Positions 1 through 12,189 are shown, counted from the first letter of the whole stretch. The stretch: DNA of 63,959 nt, filler included, from Octopus bimaculoides (GCF_001194135.2; 6 parts of 6 records of this genome joined end to end with filler, not necessarily neighbours in it); one strand, 5' to 3'. Notes: generated from the sequence alone by a model not told the origin. A program made the numbers and translations.

Positions 1-250
1 ATTCAGCGTGACACAGTGTGACAAGGCTGACCCTTTGAAATACAGGCACAACAGAAACAGGAAGAAAGAGTGAGAGAAAGTTGTGGTGAAAGAATACAGC
101 AGGGTTCGCCACCATCCCCTGCCTGAGCCTCGTGGAGCTTTAGGTGTTTTCGCTCAATAAACACTCACAACGCCCGGTCTGGGAATCGAAACCGTGATCC
201 TATGACCGCAAAGTCTGCTGCCCTAACCACTGGGCCATTGCGCCTCCACA
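1..250 (-). mobile_element. tRNA-derived SINE, family A (head and central domain; 3' part lies outside the window)
   Basis: The reverse complement reads GTGGAGGCGCAATGGCCCAGTGGTTAGGGCAGC...GTTTCGATTCCCAGACCGGGCG, with Pol III A- and B-box-like motifs. It is near-identical to the copies at 23740, 47294 and 52483. Confidence 0.85.
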
Positions 251-427
251 TGAAGCCAAAGTAAGAGGACAGTAGCATATAGAGAGACACACATTTACAT
301 ACATATATGCATACATACGTATGTACGTATGTACGTACATATGTACGTACATACATACACACATGCGTACACACACTCATGCATACATACACACATGCAC
401 ACATACACACATGCATACATACGTACA

Positions 428-582
428 TCGACCTCAATGTTCAACTGGTACTTATTTTCTCGACCCCGAAAGGATGAAAGGCAAAGTCGACTTCGGCGGA
501 ATTTGAACTCAGAACCTAAACACGGGCGAAATGCTGCTAAATATTTTGCCCAGTGTGCTAACAATTCTGCCAGCTCACCACA
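428..582 (-). mobile_element. tRNA-derived SINE with Meta-like central domain
   Basis: The minus strand has GAGTTCAAATTCCGCCGAAGTCGACTTTGCCTTTCATCCTTTCGGGGTCGAG...AAGTACCAG. The same motif recurs at 9.8-10.4 kb and 13.6-14.3 kb. Confidence 0.75.
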
Positions 583-2809
583 TTAGTAATAATAATAACA
601 GCAACAACAATTTTTCTATTTGTGTTCAAAGCCTTGATCGATCTAGATTAAGGTAAAATACAAATATATTCAGTTGTATACAAAATCATGCACGAGGGGT
701 ATTTTTCATTAATTCCAGATATTCCAAACTAGGAATTGAAACTGTGTGTCATTGAATATATATGTGAANNNNNNNNNNNNNNNNNNNNNNNNNNNNNNNN
801 NNNNNNNNNNNNNNNNNNNNNNNNNNNNNNNNNNNNNNNNNNNNNNNNNNNNNNNNNNNNNNNNNNNNNNNNNNNNNNNNNNNNNNNNNNNNNNNNNNNN
901 NNNNNNNNNNNNNNNNNNNNNNNNNNNNNNNNNNNNNNNNNNNNNNNNNNNNNNNNNNNNNNNNNNNNNNNNNNNNNNNNNNNNNNNNNNNNNNNNNNNN
1001 NNNNNNNNNNNNNNNNNNNNNNNNNNNNNNNNNNNNNNNNNNNNNNNNNNNNNNNNNNNNNNNNNNNNNNNNNNNNNNNNNNNNNNNNNNNNNNNNNNNN
1101 NNNNNNNNNNNNNNNNNNNNNNNNNNNNNNNNNNNNNNNNNNNNNNNNNNNNNNNNNNNNNNNNNNNNNNNNNNNNNNGGTGGTGGTGGTGGTGGTGGTG
1201 GTGGTGGTAGTTGTGGTAATGTATTTTCTTTCATTTTACATAGATTATATTTAGCTGAGTTTAATCCAAACAAACAAGCAAAATCTATATAATAATAGCC
1301 AATGTAAACGTTGATTAGCTGATTTTTCCAGTCACACTTTATACCATATTGAGATAATGGGAGAGAGAGATATAAAAAAGGAGAAATACAGAGTTAACAT
1401 ACAGAGTACAGGACTATATAACTTTCTGAAAAGTATGTATTTTATAATGAAATTTAGTTGTGATTGCATTTTCAGTAGAGTGAATTGTAATTATCTTGAT
1501 AAAATCTACAAAAATATGACCAAATATTTATCGCAAATATACAAATGAGAAATTTTAAGCTTTTAAACTTTCAAAAATTAGAATTCACTTCATCATTTTG
1601 AATACGCACCAATAAATTTAATAAAAGTTATATTATAATTTTTATTCATGTAAAAATCACATTTAACACGTTTGTGTACACGTGGACATGGAAAGACTCT
1701 TTGCTGCTGAAATATTCTCAGAAGAAATTCATCTCATAGAAAATATGTGTGAAAACATATTGGGCAATAAATGATATCATCAGATTGTAGGATGTATGCA
1801 TTTCTACGTTATTGCACATTGTTAGCTAAACATATTGAATCCTTTCTTCACAGCCCTATAAGAATGGCAGTTTATATAAACAATAACAACAAATAGTGTA
1901 CTTGTTTGGTCAAGCTTGAATAAACAAACTAAAGCTGTCATAGTCTCTGATATTACCCATGGTGGCAAAAAAATTTTCAAAGTTACCCATTCTGTGATAC
2001 GTAACACTCTTGTTAAATAATCCACTGACTCAGTCAAATCTAAGGGATTTTGTGAAGAATCAAAACCTTTAATTCACATGTGGTTTGCCAATTCCACTAA
2101 GTCAAATTCCTTATAAGATAGATCCATTGCAGGCAAATACGTTAAAAGTCACTATCCTTATCCACTCGCCATTTAATGTCTGTGTAAAACTTTCCTACAC
2201 CTTCCTGCTTACAGATCTGCAGATATTTCTCTCTTCAAAAAGTATCTTCGTTTTATTTTATTCTATTTGTTCATATATATATATGTGTTTGTGTTTCATT
2301 TTATTGGCAATCTCTCAGAAAAATATCATCGTTTACCACCAACACTATTAATTACTAACATCATCTAAGAGTTACCATCTTATTGATCTTTATGTAGACT
2401 TACAAATTGTGATGCGTTTGTTGTATGATAAAGTAGAAATAACATTTCAAGATTTTTATCTGGCTTGAGTGATAGACTGATAATTTCAAGAAAAATTTCT
2501 GATCAACATTCATATCAGTTCATTATTAAGTGTATACTGACTGCCGGATTAAGAGAAATAGTTTGTTAAATTCTTGCTTTATTCATTACCTATTCTTTTG
2601 CATTCCACCAGTTTTACACCTTGGTATCCACATTGTGTGACTACAAGCCAATCACGTGTTCTGTAGACAGATAAAAAAGCTTAGCTGTTATTCTATATCT
2701 ACTTTCCTAATATTTTCCCAATAGTTTCCTTTTCCGGCTTTCATGTTCTCATTTTTAAAAATTTAATCTCATTATATTAATATTTTGTATTTAGTTACAT
2801 CATTTTAGT

Positions 2810-2960
2810 GAAAGTGTGTAGCCTAGTGGTTGAAACTTTGCACTCACATTCATAAGATTATAGTTTTGATTCTTTGACTGTCCATTACGTTCTGTAGCAA
2901 AGGATCACATTTCGTAGTGATCCAGATCACTCACCTGTAAACGAATCCCAGTTACAGCTT
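2810..2960 (+). mobile_element. Old degenerate tRNA-derived SINE (head plus core)
   Basis: A-box-like GTGTAGCCTAGTGGTT is followed by ATTTCGTAGTGATCCAGATCACTCACCTGTAAA, which resembles the core ATTTCATGTTGCTCCAGTTCGCTCAGCTGT at about 15590. Confidence 0.45.
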
Positions 2961-3704
2961 CAAGGTAAGTTTGCAACATATTGTTGTCCCGTTCAGAGGT
3001 GGAAGTATTGTATTCTCAATCATTTATATGGAAACTTAGTTAAGCTGTAGTCTCGTGGTTTTTTGGGGCTAATGACTGATCCTAAAGTCATTTTTACTAT
3101 TTAAAAGTGTATCCTGTTTATATTCACACTACAGTTGTTACCTAATGATACATATAAGTTTAACAATCAAAACATATCTTTTATTCATTGACTTGAAATA
3201 TGGTCATTTATGAATGAAATCTTTTAATAGCCTGGTAGGAGAATTAGAAGATATAGCTCAAACTGACAACAAACCAGCTCAAATTCAAATATCCATGCTA
3301 TCAGATGGACCAATATGTAAACATTTATACCACCCTTGACCTCAACGTGGTGAGACGGCTAAACGAGTGAGTGCCAGAGCTATTCTGTCGAGGACTTTGA
3401 GTCCAAGGTGGATAGTTCTGACACCAGCAGTGCTAGGGCAACAACCCAGCTATCTGGAGGACAACGGTGTATTCCAGGCGGCATCTGTTCTGGAATCCAG
3501 TGGCTGGTGGCATTGGATCATGTCTGTGGGTATCCTGTGGAAAGAAGGTATAACACAAGGACAGCCTACCACCAGTGGTGTTTAATGGCTTACGAATACA
3601 AGTGGTAAATGTGCTCATGGACTCTGATCATCCCTTGAAACACTTATGAACTCACAATGATGAACTCAGTAGGAGCCGGCTTAACCTTTCCTGAGTGAAT
3701 GCCA

Positions 3705-3940
3705 TTACAAAGCTGGGGACGGTTTGACATGGACAGCTGGGAGCTGTCCCAACTCCAGTTGTATGTTGAGGCATGGTTTCTACGGTCCGATACTCTTCCT
3801 AACAGAGTGTACTGGGTGGCTTTTATGTATCACTGACACAGGTGTGTTTATGCAGCACCGGCATGGATGCGTTTACACAGCACCAAGATGGGTGCTTTTT
3901 TATCTGACACCGACACCTGAAAGTACAGGCCTGTATGTGT
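3705..3940 (-). mobile_element. Degenerate RTE-tail-type element with ~26-bp subrepeats
   Basis: CATGGTTTCTACGGTCCGATACTCTTCCTAAC and GGGTGCTTTTTAT..CACCGACAC units match the element at 6810-6986 in decayed form. Confidence 0.5.
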
Positions 3941-4099
3941 GGAATTCACTGGGGTTTCAAGGGATGATAATCCCTTGAAATTCTTATGAATTCACATCGG
4001 TGAACTCAAGAGGAGTTGGCTTAACCCCTCCTGGGTGAATGCCAATTCAAGATAAGAAGTAAACAGTTTTAAGAAATGCATATTTTTCATGTAAAATTA

Positions 4100-4640
4100 A
4101 GGACAAGGGAAGAACAATAGGATAGGATAGGTTACTCGACCTGAAGAAAATTCTAACTGGACCTCCACCTGCATGGTCATGTGCTGTTTATCTTGGTATG
4201 GGATCATCATGTCACACACATTTAGTTGTGATGCCTGAGCCTGGTGTACCCTTATCAGATGGGTAGTCATGATGGGTATACTGGGCTTTGGATGTTTGTA
4301 CCCCAGTGTCACTTTGATGGTATGCAGNNNNNNNNNNNNNNNNNNNNNNNNNNNNNNNNNNNNNNNNNNNNNNNNNNNNNNNNNNNNNNNNNNNNNNNNN
4401 NNNNNNNNNNNNNNNNNNNNNNNNNNNNNNNNNNNNNNNNNNNNNNNNNNNNNNNNNNNNNNNNNNNNNNNNNNNNNNNNNNNNNNNNNNNNNNNNNNNN
4501 NNNNNNNNNNNNNNNNNNNNNNNNNNNNNNNNNNNNNNNNNNNNNNNNNNNNNNNNNNNNNNNNNNNNNNNNNNNNNNNNNNNNNNNNNNNNNNNNNNNN
4601 NNNNNNNNNNNNTTGATGGTATGCAGTGCTCTCTCACTCT
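4100..4640 (+). mobile_element. Unclassified interspersed-repeat-like segment ending directly at a (TAA)n array
   Basis: A segment more GC-rich than its flanks ends at CTCTCACTCT followed by (AAT)n. It is split by an N gap whose two sides overlap. No ORF is recognisable. Confidence 0.35.
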
Positions 4641-4700
4641 ATAATAATAATAATAATAATAATGATGATGATGACGATGATAATAATAATAATAACAATC

Positions 4701-4752
<52 letters not shown>

Positions 4753-4993
4753 ATAGTAGGCACCTTAGATATAATAACAAAATATTCAGACAAATACATA
4801 ACAAAAACGCCAGGACTAACAAATATATATAACATACAGAAAATTGCACCACTGGGCACTGCACACATCCTATGCAAAACAATTTCAATACAGTAACCAT
4901 AAGAGCATCACAGCAAACCACAGCACATACCCAAGGCATACAGACCTGCGCTCGGTAGTGAAGTGAAAGCACGTTATAAAAATAAAACTACTG
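4753..4993 (+). mobile_element. 5'-truncated R4/Dong-like (restriction-like endonuclease) non-LTR retrotransposon: C-terminus plus 3' UTR
   Basis: 4753-4896 translates IVGTLDIITKYSDKYITKTPGLTNIYNIQKIAPLGTAHILCKTISIQ*, matching the IVGALG...IQKxALLGTAHILRK C-terminal motif of R4/Dong elements. A ~100-bp UTR follows, and (TAA)n lies on both sides. Confidence 0.8.
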
Positions 4994-6525
4994 AATAATA
5001 ATAATAATAATAATAATAAATGAATAAATAAATAAAAACAAATAATACCTCAAAGAAAACTTTGTGTTAACTGAAACAGAATTATTTGCATTTTAACTTT
5101 CTGTAGCTAATTCAAGCCAATGTGCAGATGCTTATGAGTGCATGTGTAATATGGAATTTTATCTCATCTATAATAATGTGCTTAAAAGCAGAATAAGTAA
5201 TTTTTTTGAAAATAAAATAAAAGCATTAATTTGAAACAAATAGTAAAAAGGGACAAAAATAAACATAGAGGGCTGAACACAAATAAGCAAAAAGGTCAAA
5301 AACTAAAAGTAAAAAAAAACCCAAATAATTATAAAAACTGGCAATCAAAAAATATTTTAAGAAAATGACAAAATAACGTATAATATATAAGGACAAAAAG
5401 GAAATTTGGTGGGGTCTTCAGTGTAAGAAGAGTCAATAAATACTACTTTGTGAATAAGTGTTCTAAACTTTCCCATATGAGCAATTTTTCAATAAACAAC
5501 TTTATTGTCTCCGAAGCAGAAGAGTGGAGAGAAAAACGATGAGACAGCTCTGGTGGACAAGACACATGCATACATACATGCACACACACATACACACACA
5601 CACATTTATATATATATATATATATATNNNNNNNNNNNNNNNNNNNNNNNNNNNNNNNNNNNNNNNNNNNNNNNNNNNNNNNNNNNNNNNNNNNNNNNNN
5701 NNNNNNNNNNNNNNNNNNNNNNNNNNNNNNNNNNNNNNNNNNNNNNNNNNNNNNNNNNNNNNNNNNNNNNNNNNNNNNNNNNNNNNNNNNNNNNNNNNNN
5801 NNNNNNNNNNNNNNNNNNNNNNNNNNNNNNNNNNNNNNNNNNNNNNNNNNNNNNNNNNNNNNNNNNNNNNNNNNNNNNNNNNNNNNNNNNNNNNNNNNNN
5901 NNNNNNNNNNNNNNNNNNNNNNNNNNNNNNNNNNNNNNNNNNNNNNNNNNNNNNNNNNNNNNNNNNNNNNNNNNNNNNNNNNNNNNNNNNNNNNNNNNNN
6001 NNNNNNNNNNNNNNNNNNNNNNNNNNNNNNNNNNNNNNNNNNNNNNNNNNNNNNNNNNNNNNNNNNNNNNNNNNNNNNNNNNNNNNNNNNNNNNNNNNNN
6101 NNNNNNNNNNNNNNNNNNNNNNNNNNNNNNNNNNNNNNNNNNNNNNNNNNNNNNNNNNNNNNNNNNNNNNNNNNNNNNNNNNNNNNNNNNNNNNNNNNNN
6201 NNNNNNNNNNNNNNNNNNNNNNNNNNNNNNNNNNNNNNNNNNNNNNNNNNNNNNNNNNNNNNNNNNNNNNNNNNNNNNNNNNNNNNNNNNNNNNNNNNNN
6301 NNNNNNNNNNNNNNNNNNNNNNNNNNNNNNNNNNNNNNNNNNNNNNNNNNNNNNNNNNNNNNNNNNNNNNNNNNNNNNNNNNNNNNNNNNNNNNNNNNNN
6401 NNNNNNNNNNNNNNNNNNNNNNNNNNNNNNNNNNNNNNNNNNNNNNNNNNNNNNNNNNNNNNNNNNNNNNNNNNNNNNNNNNNNNNNNNNNNNNNNNNNN
6501 NNNNNNNNNNNNNNNNNNNNNNNNN

Positions 6526-6564
<39 letters not shown>

Positions 6565-6809
6565 TATATATGTGTGGGTGTGTATTTCCAGGTGTGAGAG
6601 AAAGAACAAGATGCAGTTTGAGAGGTATGATAAGAGATGTAAAGATGTATTGATATGTATGTGCAGTGATGCATGAAGTCATTGGGAGATGACATTTACT
6701 GATGGAAATACACTCTGGACCAAGGGGATATTAAAATATTGGGCTGGGGAGAACTTTCACATGAAGTATAGTCGCAAGAACTTCAAAAGCAAGTGGCATA
6801 TATATATAT

Positions 6810-6986
6810 CATCATCATCATCATCATCATCGTTTAACGTCCGCTTTCCATGCTAGCATGGGTTGGACGATTTGACTGAGGACTGGTGAAACCGGATGGC
6901 AACACCAGGCTCCAATCTAAATTTGGCAGAGTTTCTACAGCTGGATGCCCTTCCTAACGCCAACCACTCAGAGAGTGTAGTAGGTG
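6810..6986 (-). mobile_element. RTE-tail-type element (LINE 3' end or SINE) with (GAT)n tail
   Basis: Contains GGATGCCCTTCCTAACGCCAACC and a (CAT)n tail. Homologous to 8790-9107, 10500-10795, 17040-17130 and 24365-24590. Confidence 0.8.
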
Positions 6987-7338
6987 NNNNNNNNNNNNNN
7001 NNNNNNNNNNNNNNNNNNNNNNNNNNNNNNNNNNNNNNNNNNNNNNNNNNNNNNNNNNNNNNNNNNNNNNNNNNNNNNNNNNNNNNNNNNNNNNNNNNNN
7101 NNNNNNNNNNNNNNNNNNNNNNNNNNNNNNNNNNNNNNNNNNNNNNNNNNNNNNNNNNNNNNNNNNNNNNNNNNNNNNNNNNNNNNNNNNNNNNNNNNNN
7201 NNNNNNNNNNNNNNNNNNNNNNNNNNNNNNNNNNNNNNNNNNNNNNNNNNNNNNNNNNNNNNNNNNNNNNNNNNNNNNNNNNNNTACCTCTTCCACAGGT
7301 TCCCTCAACTGTTAGGGTGTGGCACTTTTTCACATATA

Positions 7339-7715
7339 AGGAGTGGCTGTGTGGTAAGTAGCTTGCTTACCAGCCACATGGTTCTTGGTTCAGACCTACT
7401 GCATCGCACCTTGGGCAAGTGTCTTCTACTATAGCCTCAGGCTGACCAAAGCTGTGTGAGAGGATTTGTTAGACGGAAACTGAAAAGAAGCCCGTCATAT
7501 ATATGTATATATATGTGTGTGCTTTTGTGTCAGTGTTTGTCCCCAGGAACATCGCTTGACAACCGATGTTGAAGTGTTTACGTCCCCGTAACTTAGAGGT
7601 TCAGCAAAATGGACCGATAGAATAAGCACTAGGCTTACAAAGAATAAGTCTTGGGATCGATTTGCTCGACTAAAGGCAGTGCTCCAGCATGGCCACAGTC
7701 AAATAAGTAAAAGAG
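7339..7715 (+). mobile_element. tRNA-derived CORE-like SINE (OR-like), near full length
   Basis: Head GGAGTGGCTGTGTGGTAAG...GGTTCAGACC, CORE-like CACCTTGGGCAAGTGTCTTCTACTATAGCC, internal (TA/TG)n, and tail GCTCCAGCATGGCCACAGTCAAAT. Confidence 0.8.
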
Positions 7716-7799
7716 TATACATGTGTGTTTTATGTGTGTGCATGCATTTATTTATATAATTATAATAGTTATATATGCATATGTATGTATATTCAATTA

Positions 7800-7885
7800 T
7801 TCTTTTACTTGTTTCAGTCATTTGACTGTGGTCATACTGGAGCACCACCTTTAGTCGAGCAAATCGACCCCCAGGACTTCTTCTT
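7800..7885 (-). mobile_element. Isolated 3' tail of the CORE-like SINE, inverted relative to 7645-7715
   Basis: TCTTTTACTTGTTTCAGTCATTTGACTGTGG...TTTAGTCGAGCAAATCGACCCC is the reverse complement of the upstream tail. Confidence 0.8.
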
Positions 7886-8685
7886 TGAAAGTGAAGCTGC
7901 TTAGCACAGACTGACCTTGAACTCTTCTGTGCATGCACACTAAGTTTTAACATTCAGCTTGCTTTTGCTGTTTAAGGCATTGCTTGGAAGGAAGGTGTGT
8001 AGCATTTGATTATCGCATTGACCATGACAGAGAATTGGCATCAAATTTTACAAAAAGTTTGACAATACCTACTCAGAGGCCTACACAAAGTTTTCAAAAG
8101 GTTTTATCTTTCTCGACACAATCAAGGAGATCTTGTGCAATTGAAACCTGAGTGTCTTTTTGGTCAGCTGAAAGTAGTTTGGGCACAAACTTGACAGACA
8201 TGCATTATCTTCAATGAAAATAGACTGAACTGAACCATAACTAATCTAGACATCCACTGATAACTCATGGATGGTGATTTGATGATTTCCCCTCACAGTT
8301 ATACACACATCTGTGATGTTTTTCTCAGTTCTGCCAGTTGCAGGTCTCCCAGAACTTTTGTCAATATCAACATTTTTAGGCTATCTTGGAAACATCTGAA
8401 CCACTCGTATACTTATAAGTAGCTCATGCACTCCTCTCCAAACGCTTTCTGCAACTTTGCACAAGTCTCTGAATAGGTATCCCCATGATAGCTTTCTCTG
8501 TCATGGTCAATGCGATGATCACACGCTACATACTTTCCTTCCAAGCACTGCTGCAAACAGTGGAAATGAGCTAGAATATTAAAACTTAGGGCACATGCAC
8601 AGCAGAGTTCAAGGTCAATCTTTGCCAAGTGGCTTTACTTTGCGTGCTTTAGCTTCGTTACTATGGCAATAGTCTGGATGATTGA
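7886..8685. mobile_element. Non-autonomous mariner derivative made of two left ends (copy 1; termini eroded)
   Basis: Colinear with 50554-51443. The minus strand encodes decayed transposase N-terminal motifs (VYEWFRCF...SGRP...KFVPKLLS), and the arms are inverted. Confidence 0.75.
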
Positions 8686-8789
8686 AAGCTATTTGTAAAA
8701 GATGAGGTTGTAATTAACATCTTATACACACATACATACAAGCATATATGTGTGTGTGTGTGAGAGAGAGAGAGAGTATATGTATATAT

Positions 8790-9107
8790 CATTTGAGTGC
8801 GATCGTTTCCAACTTTGCCTTACTGGCACTTGTGCCGGTGGCACGTGAACAAAACATTGGACTGACTCCTGTGCAGGTGCCATGTAAAAAACACCATTTG
8901 AGCGTGGCCGTTGCCAGTACTGGCAGTCTGGCCCTCGTGCTGGTGGCACGTAAAAAGCACCCACTACACTCTCAGAGTGATTGGCGTTAGGAAGGGCATC
9001 CAGCTGTAGAAAGTCTACCAGATCAGATTGTAGTCTGGTTTGCCAGTCCCTAGTCAAATCGTCCAACCCATGCTAGCATGGAAAGCGGGTGTTAAATGAT
9101 GATGATG
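8790..9107 (+). mobile_element. RTE-tail-type element with GTGCCGGTGGCACGT subrepeats and (GAT)n tail
   Basis: GGTTGGCG-like TTGGCGTTAGGAAGGGCATCCAGC...CCAACCCATGCTAGCATGGAAAGCGG followed by (GAT)n. Confidence 0.8.
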
Positions 9108-9429
9108 ATATATATATACATATATATATATATAGACTTTTTATTCTTTTCTCCTTTTATTCTTTTACTTGTTTCAATCATTTGACTGTGGCCATGCTGG
9201 AGCGCCACCTTGATTTAAAAAGAAATCAAGGGAACCTGCTAGGCACAGACCATAGTAGCTAAAGCCCATGCAGTAGAAGAGTTTCTTCAAGTAAATCAGT
9301 ATGAGAAGTACATGTAAGCCTATGCTATCATAATATAACAACAGTATTACAAAAGCCTTAGAGTGCTTTTAGTTAATTAGAAGAGGTACACCACACGAAG
9401 ATGAAAGAGGCTAATTCAGCTTACCAGGA

Positions 9430-9712
9430 ATGCATATGCATACATCTATTCTTATTATTGGTTTATTGGCAGAATTATCAGAACATTAGTAAAACTGCTT
9501 AGTGGTATGTCTTCTGGCTCTTTATGATTTCAGTTCAAATCCCTTTTAAGTCAATTTTGCTTGTTTATCATTTCAGATTTAAAGAAATACTGTATCAGTG
9601 AGGTAGTAAGGCGGACGATCTCATCTTATTCTGTAACATCAAAATTGCTGGTGTAGTCAAGTACTTGGGTCAATGTTATCAAAATTATTGCCTTTCTGCC
9701 TAAATAAGAAAC

Positions 9713-9751
<39 letters not shown>

Positions 9752-9754
9752 TAC

Positions 9755-9788
<34 letters not shown>

Positions 9789-9890
9789 AGGTGGCAAGCT
9801 GGCTGAATTGTTAGCATGCTGGATGAAATACTTAGCGGTATTTCGTCTGTTACTATATTCTAATATCAAATTCTGCCGAGGTCGACTTTG

Positions 9891-9926
<36 letters not shown>

Positions 9927-10470
9927 TATTATTATTAAGGCAGTGAGCTGGGAGAATCGTTAGCATGTTGAGTTGTTAGTATGACTTTTTAGCATTCTGA
10001 GTTCAAATTCCACTGAGGTTGACTTTACCTTTCATCCTTTCAGGGTTCATAAAATAAATACCAGTTGTGGACTGAGGTCAATGAAATTGACTTAGCCTCC
10101 TCCCTCAAAATTTCAGACCTTGTGCCTATAGCAGTAAGAATTATTATTATTGCTATAATGTAATTAATTTTCCCTCCCCTCAGAAACCACTAGCCCTGTG
10201 TGAAAATTTGGACCCATTATTGTTGTTGTTGTTGCTGTTGTTGTTATTAAGGAAGTGAACTAACAGAATCATTGGCACACCAAACAAAACATTTAGTGGT
10301 GTTTCATCTTTCTTTATGTTTTGAGTTCAAAATCAGCTGAGTTTGATTTTTGGATTTCCTCCTTTTGGGGTCGATTAAATAAGTACCAGTCAAGCAGTGG
10401 GGTCGATGTGATTCACTAGCCCCCTCCCTCAAAATCTGAGGCCTTGCATCTTGAGAAGAAAGACATTATT
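9430..10470 (+). mobile_element. Head-to-tail cluster of about four Meta-like SINE copies separated by (ATT)n/(CAT)n
   Basis: Heads at about 9460, 9788, 9937 and 10248 each lead into (T)CAAATTC...GAGGT(C/T)GACTTT. The copies are separated by trinucleotide arrays. Confidence 0.7.
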
Positions 10471-10499
10471 ATTATTATTATTATTATTATTAATCAAAT

Positions 10500-10795
10500 C
10501 GAATGGAAATTGTAGCTATGAGCCCTGTGCCAGCAGCACATAAAAAGCACCATCCGAACGTGGTCGATACCAGCTCCTCTGGCCCCTTGTGTCGGTGTCA
10601 CATAAAAAGCACCCACTACACTCTCAGAGTGGCTGGTGTTAGGAAGGGCATCCAACTGTAGAAACACTGCCAGATCAGATTGGGGCCTGGTGCAGCCTCC
10701 TGGCTTCCCAGAGCCCAGTCGAACTGTCCAACCCATGCCAGCATGGAAAACAGACGTTAAACGATGATGATGATGATGATGATCATCATCATCAT
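10500..10795 (+). mobile_element. RTE-tail-type element with (GAT)n tail
   Basis: GTGTTAGGAAGGGCATCCAACTGTAGAAAC...CCAACCCATGCCAGCATGGAAAACAGACGTTAAACGATGATG. Confidence 0.8.
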
Positions 10796-12106
10796 CATTG
10801 TCATTAAATCCATGATCACAAACAGACACGATGACATACACACACACGCACAGACACACACACAGACACAGACACACACACACACACATATATATATATT
10901 GCATCACACATTTGTATATATGTGTGTACTCAAACTTGATGGTCATGTATAAAGATACATGAAAAGCAAAAAAAAGAAAAAAGACAACACAAAATACAAA
11001 AAACTGCAGATGAAAGCATATGGTATGAATACATAAAAAATATACGTACAAAGGATGAAATATCAAGTAGGAATATGAAAAGCCTGTAAAAGGCTCCGAA
11101 AGATGGAGAAGAGTAAGTGGATATAAAAAATGGAAAAGAAAAGGACATTATGAAATATAAAAAAGTTGAGCAGGGTGAGAGTTTTTTTGTTATTATTGAT
11201 ATATGTTTATATGTGAGTGTATGCGTCTGAGACTGTTTATATATATNNNNNNNNNNNNNNNNNNNNNNNNNNNNNNNNNNNNNNNNNNNNNNNNNNNNNN
11301 NNNNNNNNNNNNNNNNNNNNNNNNNNNNNNNNNNNNNNNNNNNNNNNNNNNNNNNNNNNNNNNNNNNNNNNNNNNNNNNNNNNNNNNNNNNNNNNNNNNN
11401 NNNNNNNNNNNNNNNNNNNNNNNNNNNNNNNNNNNNNNNNNNNNNNNNNNNNNNNNNNNNNNNNNNNNNNNNNNNNNNNNNNNNNNNNNNNNNNNNNNNN
11501 NNNNNNNNNNNNNNNNNNNNNNNNNNNNNNNNNNNNNNNNNNNNNNNNNNNNNNNNNNNNNNNNNNNNNNNNNNNNNNNNNNNNNNNNNNNNNNNNNNNN
11601 NNNNNNNNNNNNNNNNNNNNNNNNNNNNNNNNNNNNNNNNNNNNNNNNNNNNNNNNNNNNNNNNNNNNNNNNNNNNNNNNNNNNNNNNNNNNNNNNNNNN
11701 NNNNNNNNNNNNNNNNNNNNNNNNNNNNNNNNNNNNNNNNNNNNNNNNNNNNNNNNNNNNNNNNNNNNNNNNNNNNNNNNNNNNNNNNNNNNNNNNNNNN
11801 NNNNNNNNNNNNNNNNNNNNNNNNNNNNNNNNNNNNNNNNNNNNNNNNNNNNNNNNNNNNNNNNNNNNNNNNNNNNNNNNNNNNNNNNNNNNNNNNNNNN
11901 NNNNNNNNNNNNNNNNNNNNNNNNNNNNNNNNNNNNNNNNNNNNNNNNNNNNNNNNNNNNNNNNNNNNNNNNNNNNNNNNNNNNNNNNNNNNNNNNNNNN
12001 NNNNNNNNNNNNNNNNNNNNNNNNNNNNNNNNNNNNNNNNNNNNNNNNNNNNNNNNNNNNNNNNNNNNNNNNNNNNNNNNNNNNNNNNNNNNNNNNNNNN
12101 NNNNNN

Positions 12107-12189
<83 letters not shown>

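Noticed and set aside
1179-1208. (GGT)n tract as a telomere or G-quadruplex signal
   Set aside because: It is a short trinucleotide microsatellite at a gap edge and is not TTAGGG.
2898-2964. 67-bp exon-like segment (AG|...CAAG|GTAAGT) that is phase-compatible with the 21537 candidate
   Set aside because: It overlaps the core of a degenerate SINE and has a weak pyrimidine tract. Exonisation is possible but unsupported.
4315-4626. Apparent direct repeat TTGATGGTATGCAG flanking an N gap
   Set aside because: The two contig ends overlap, so the gap is probably spurious rather than an insertion with a TSD.
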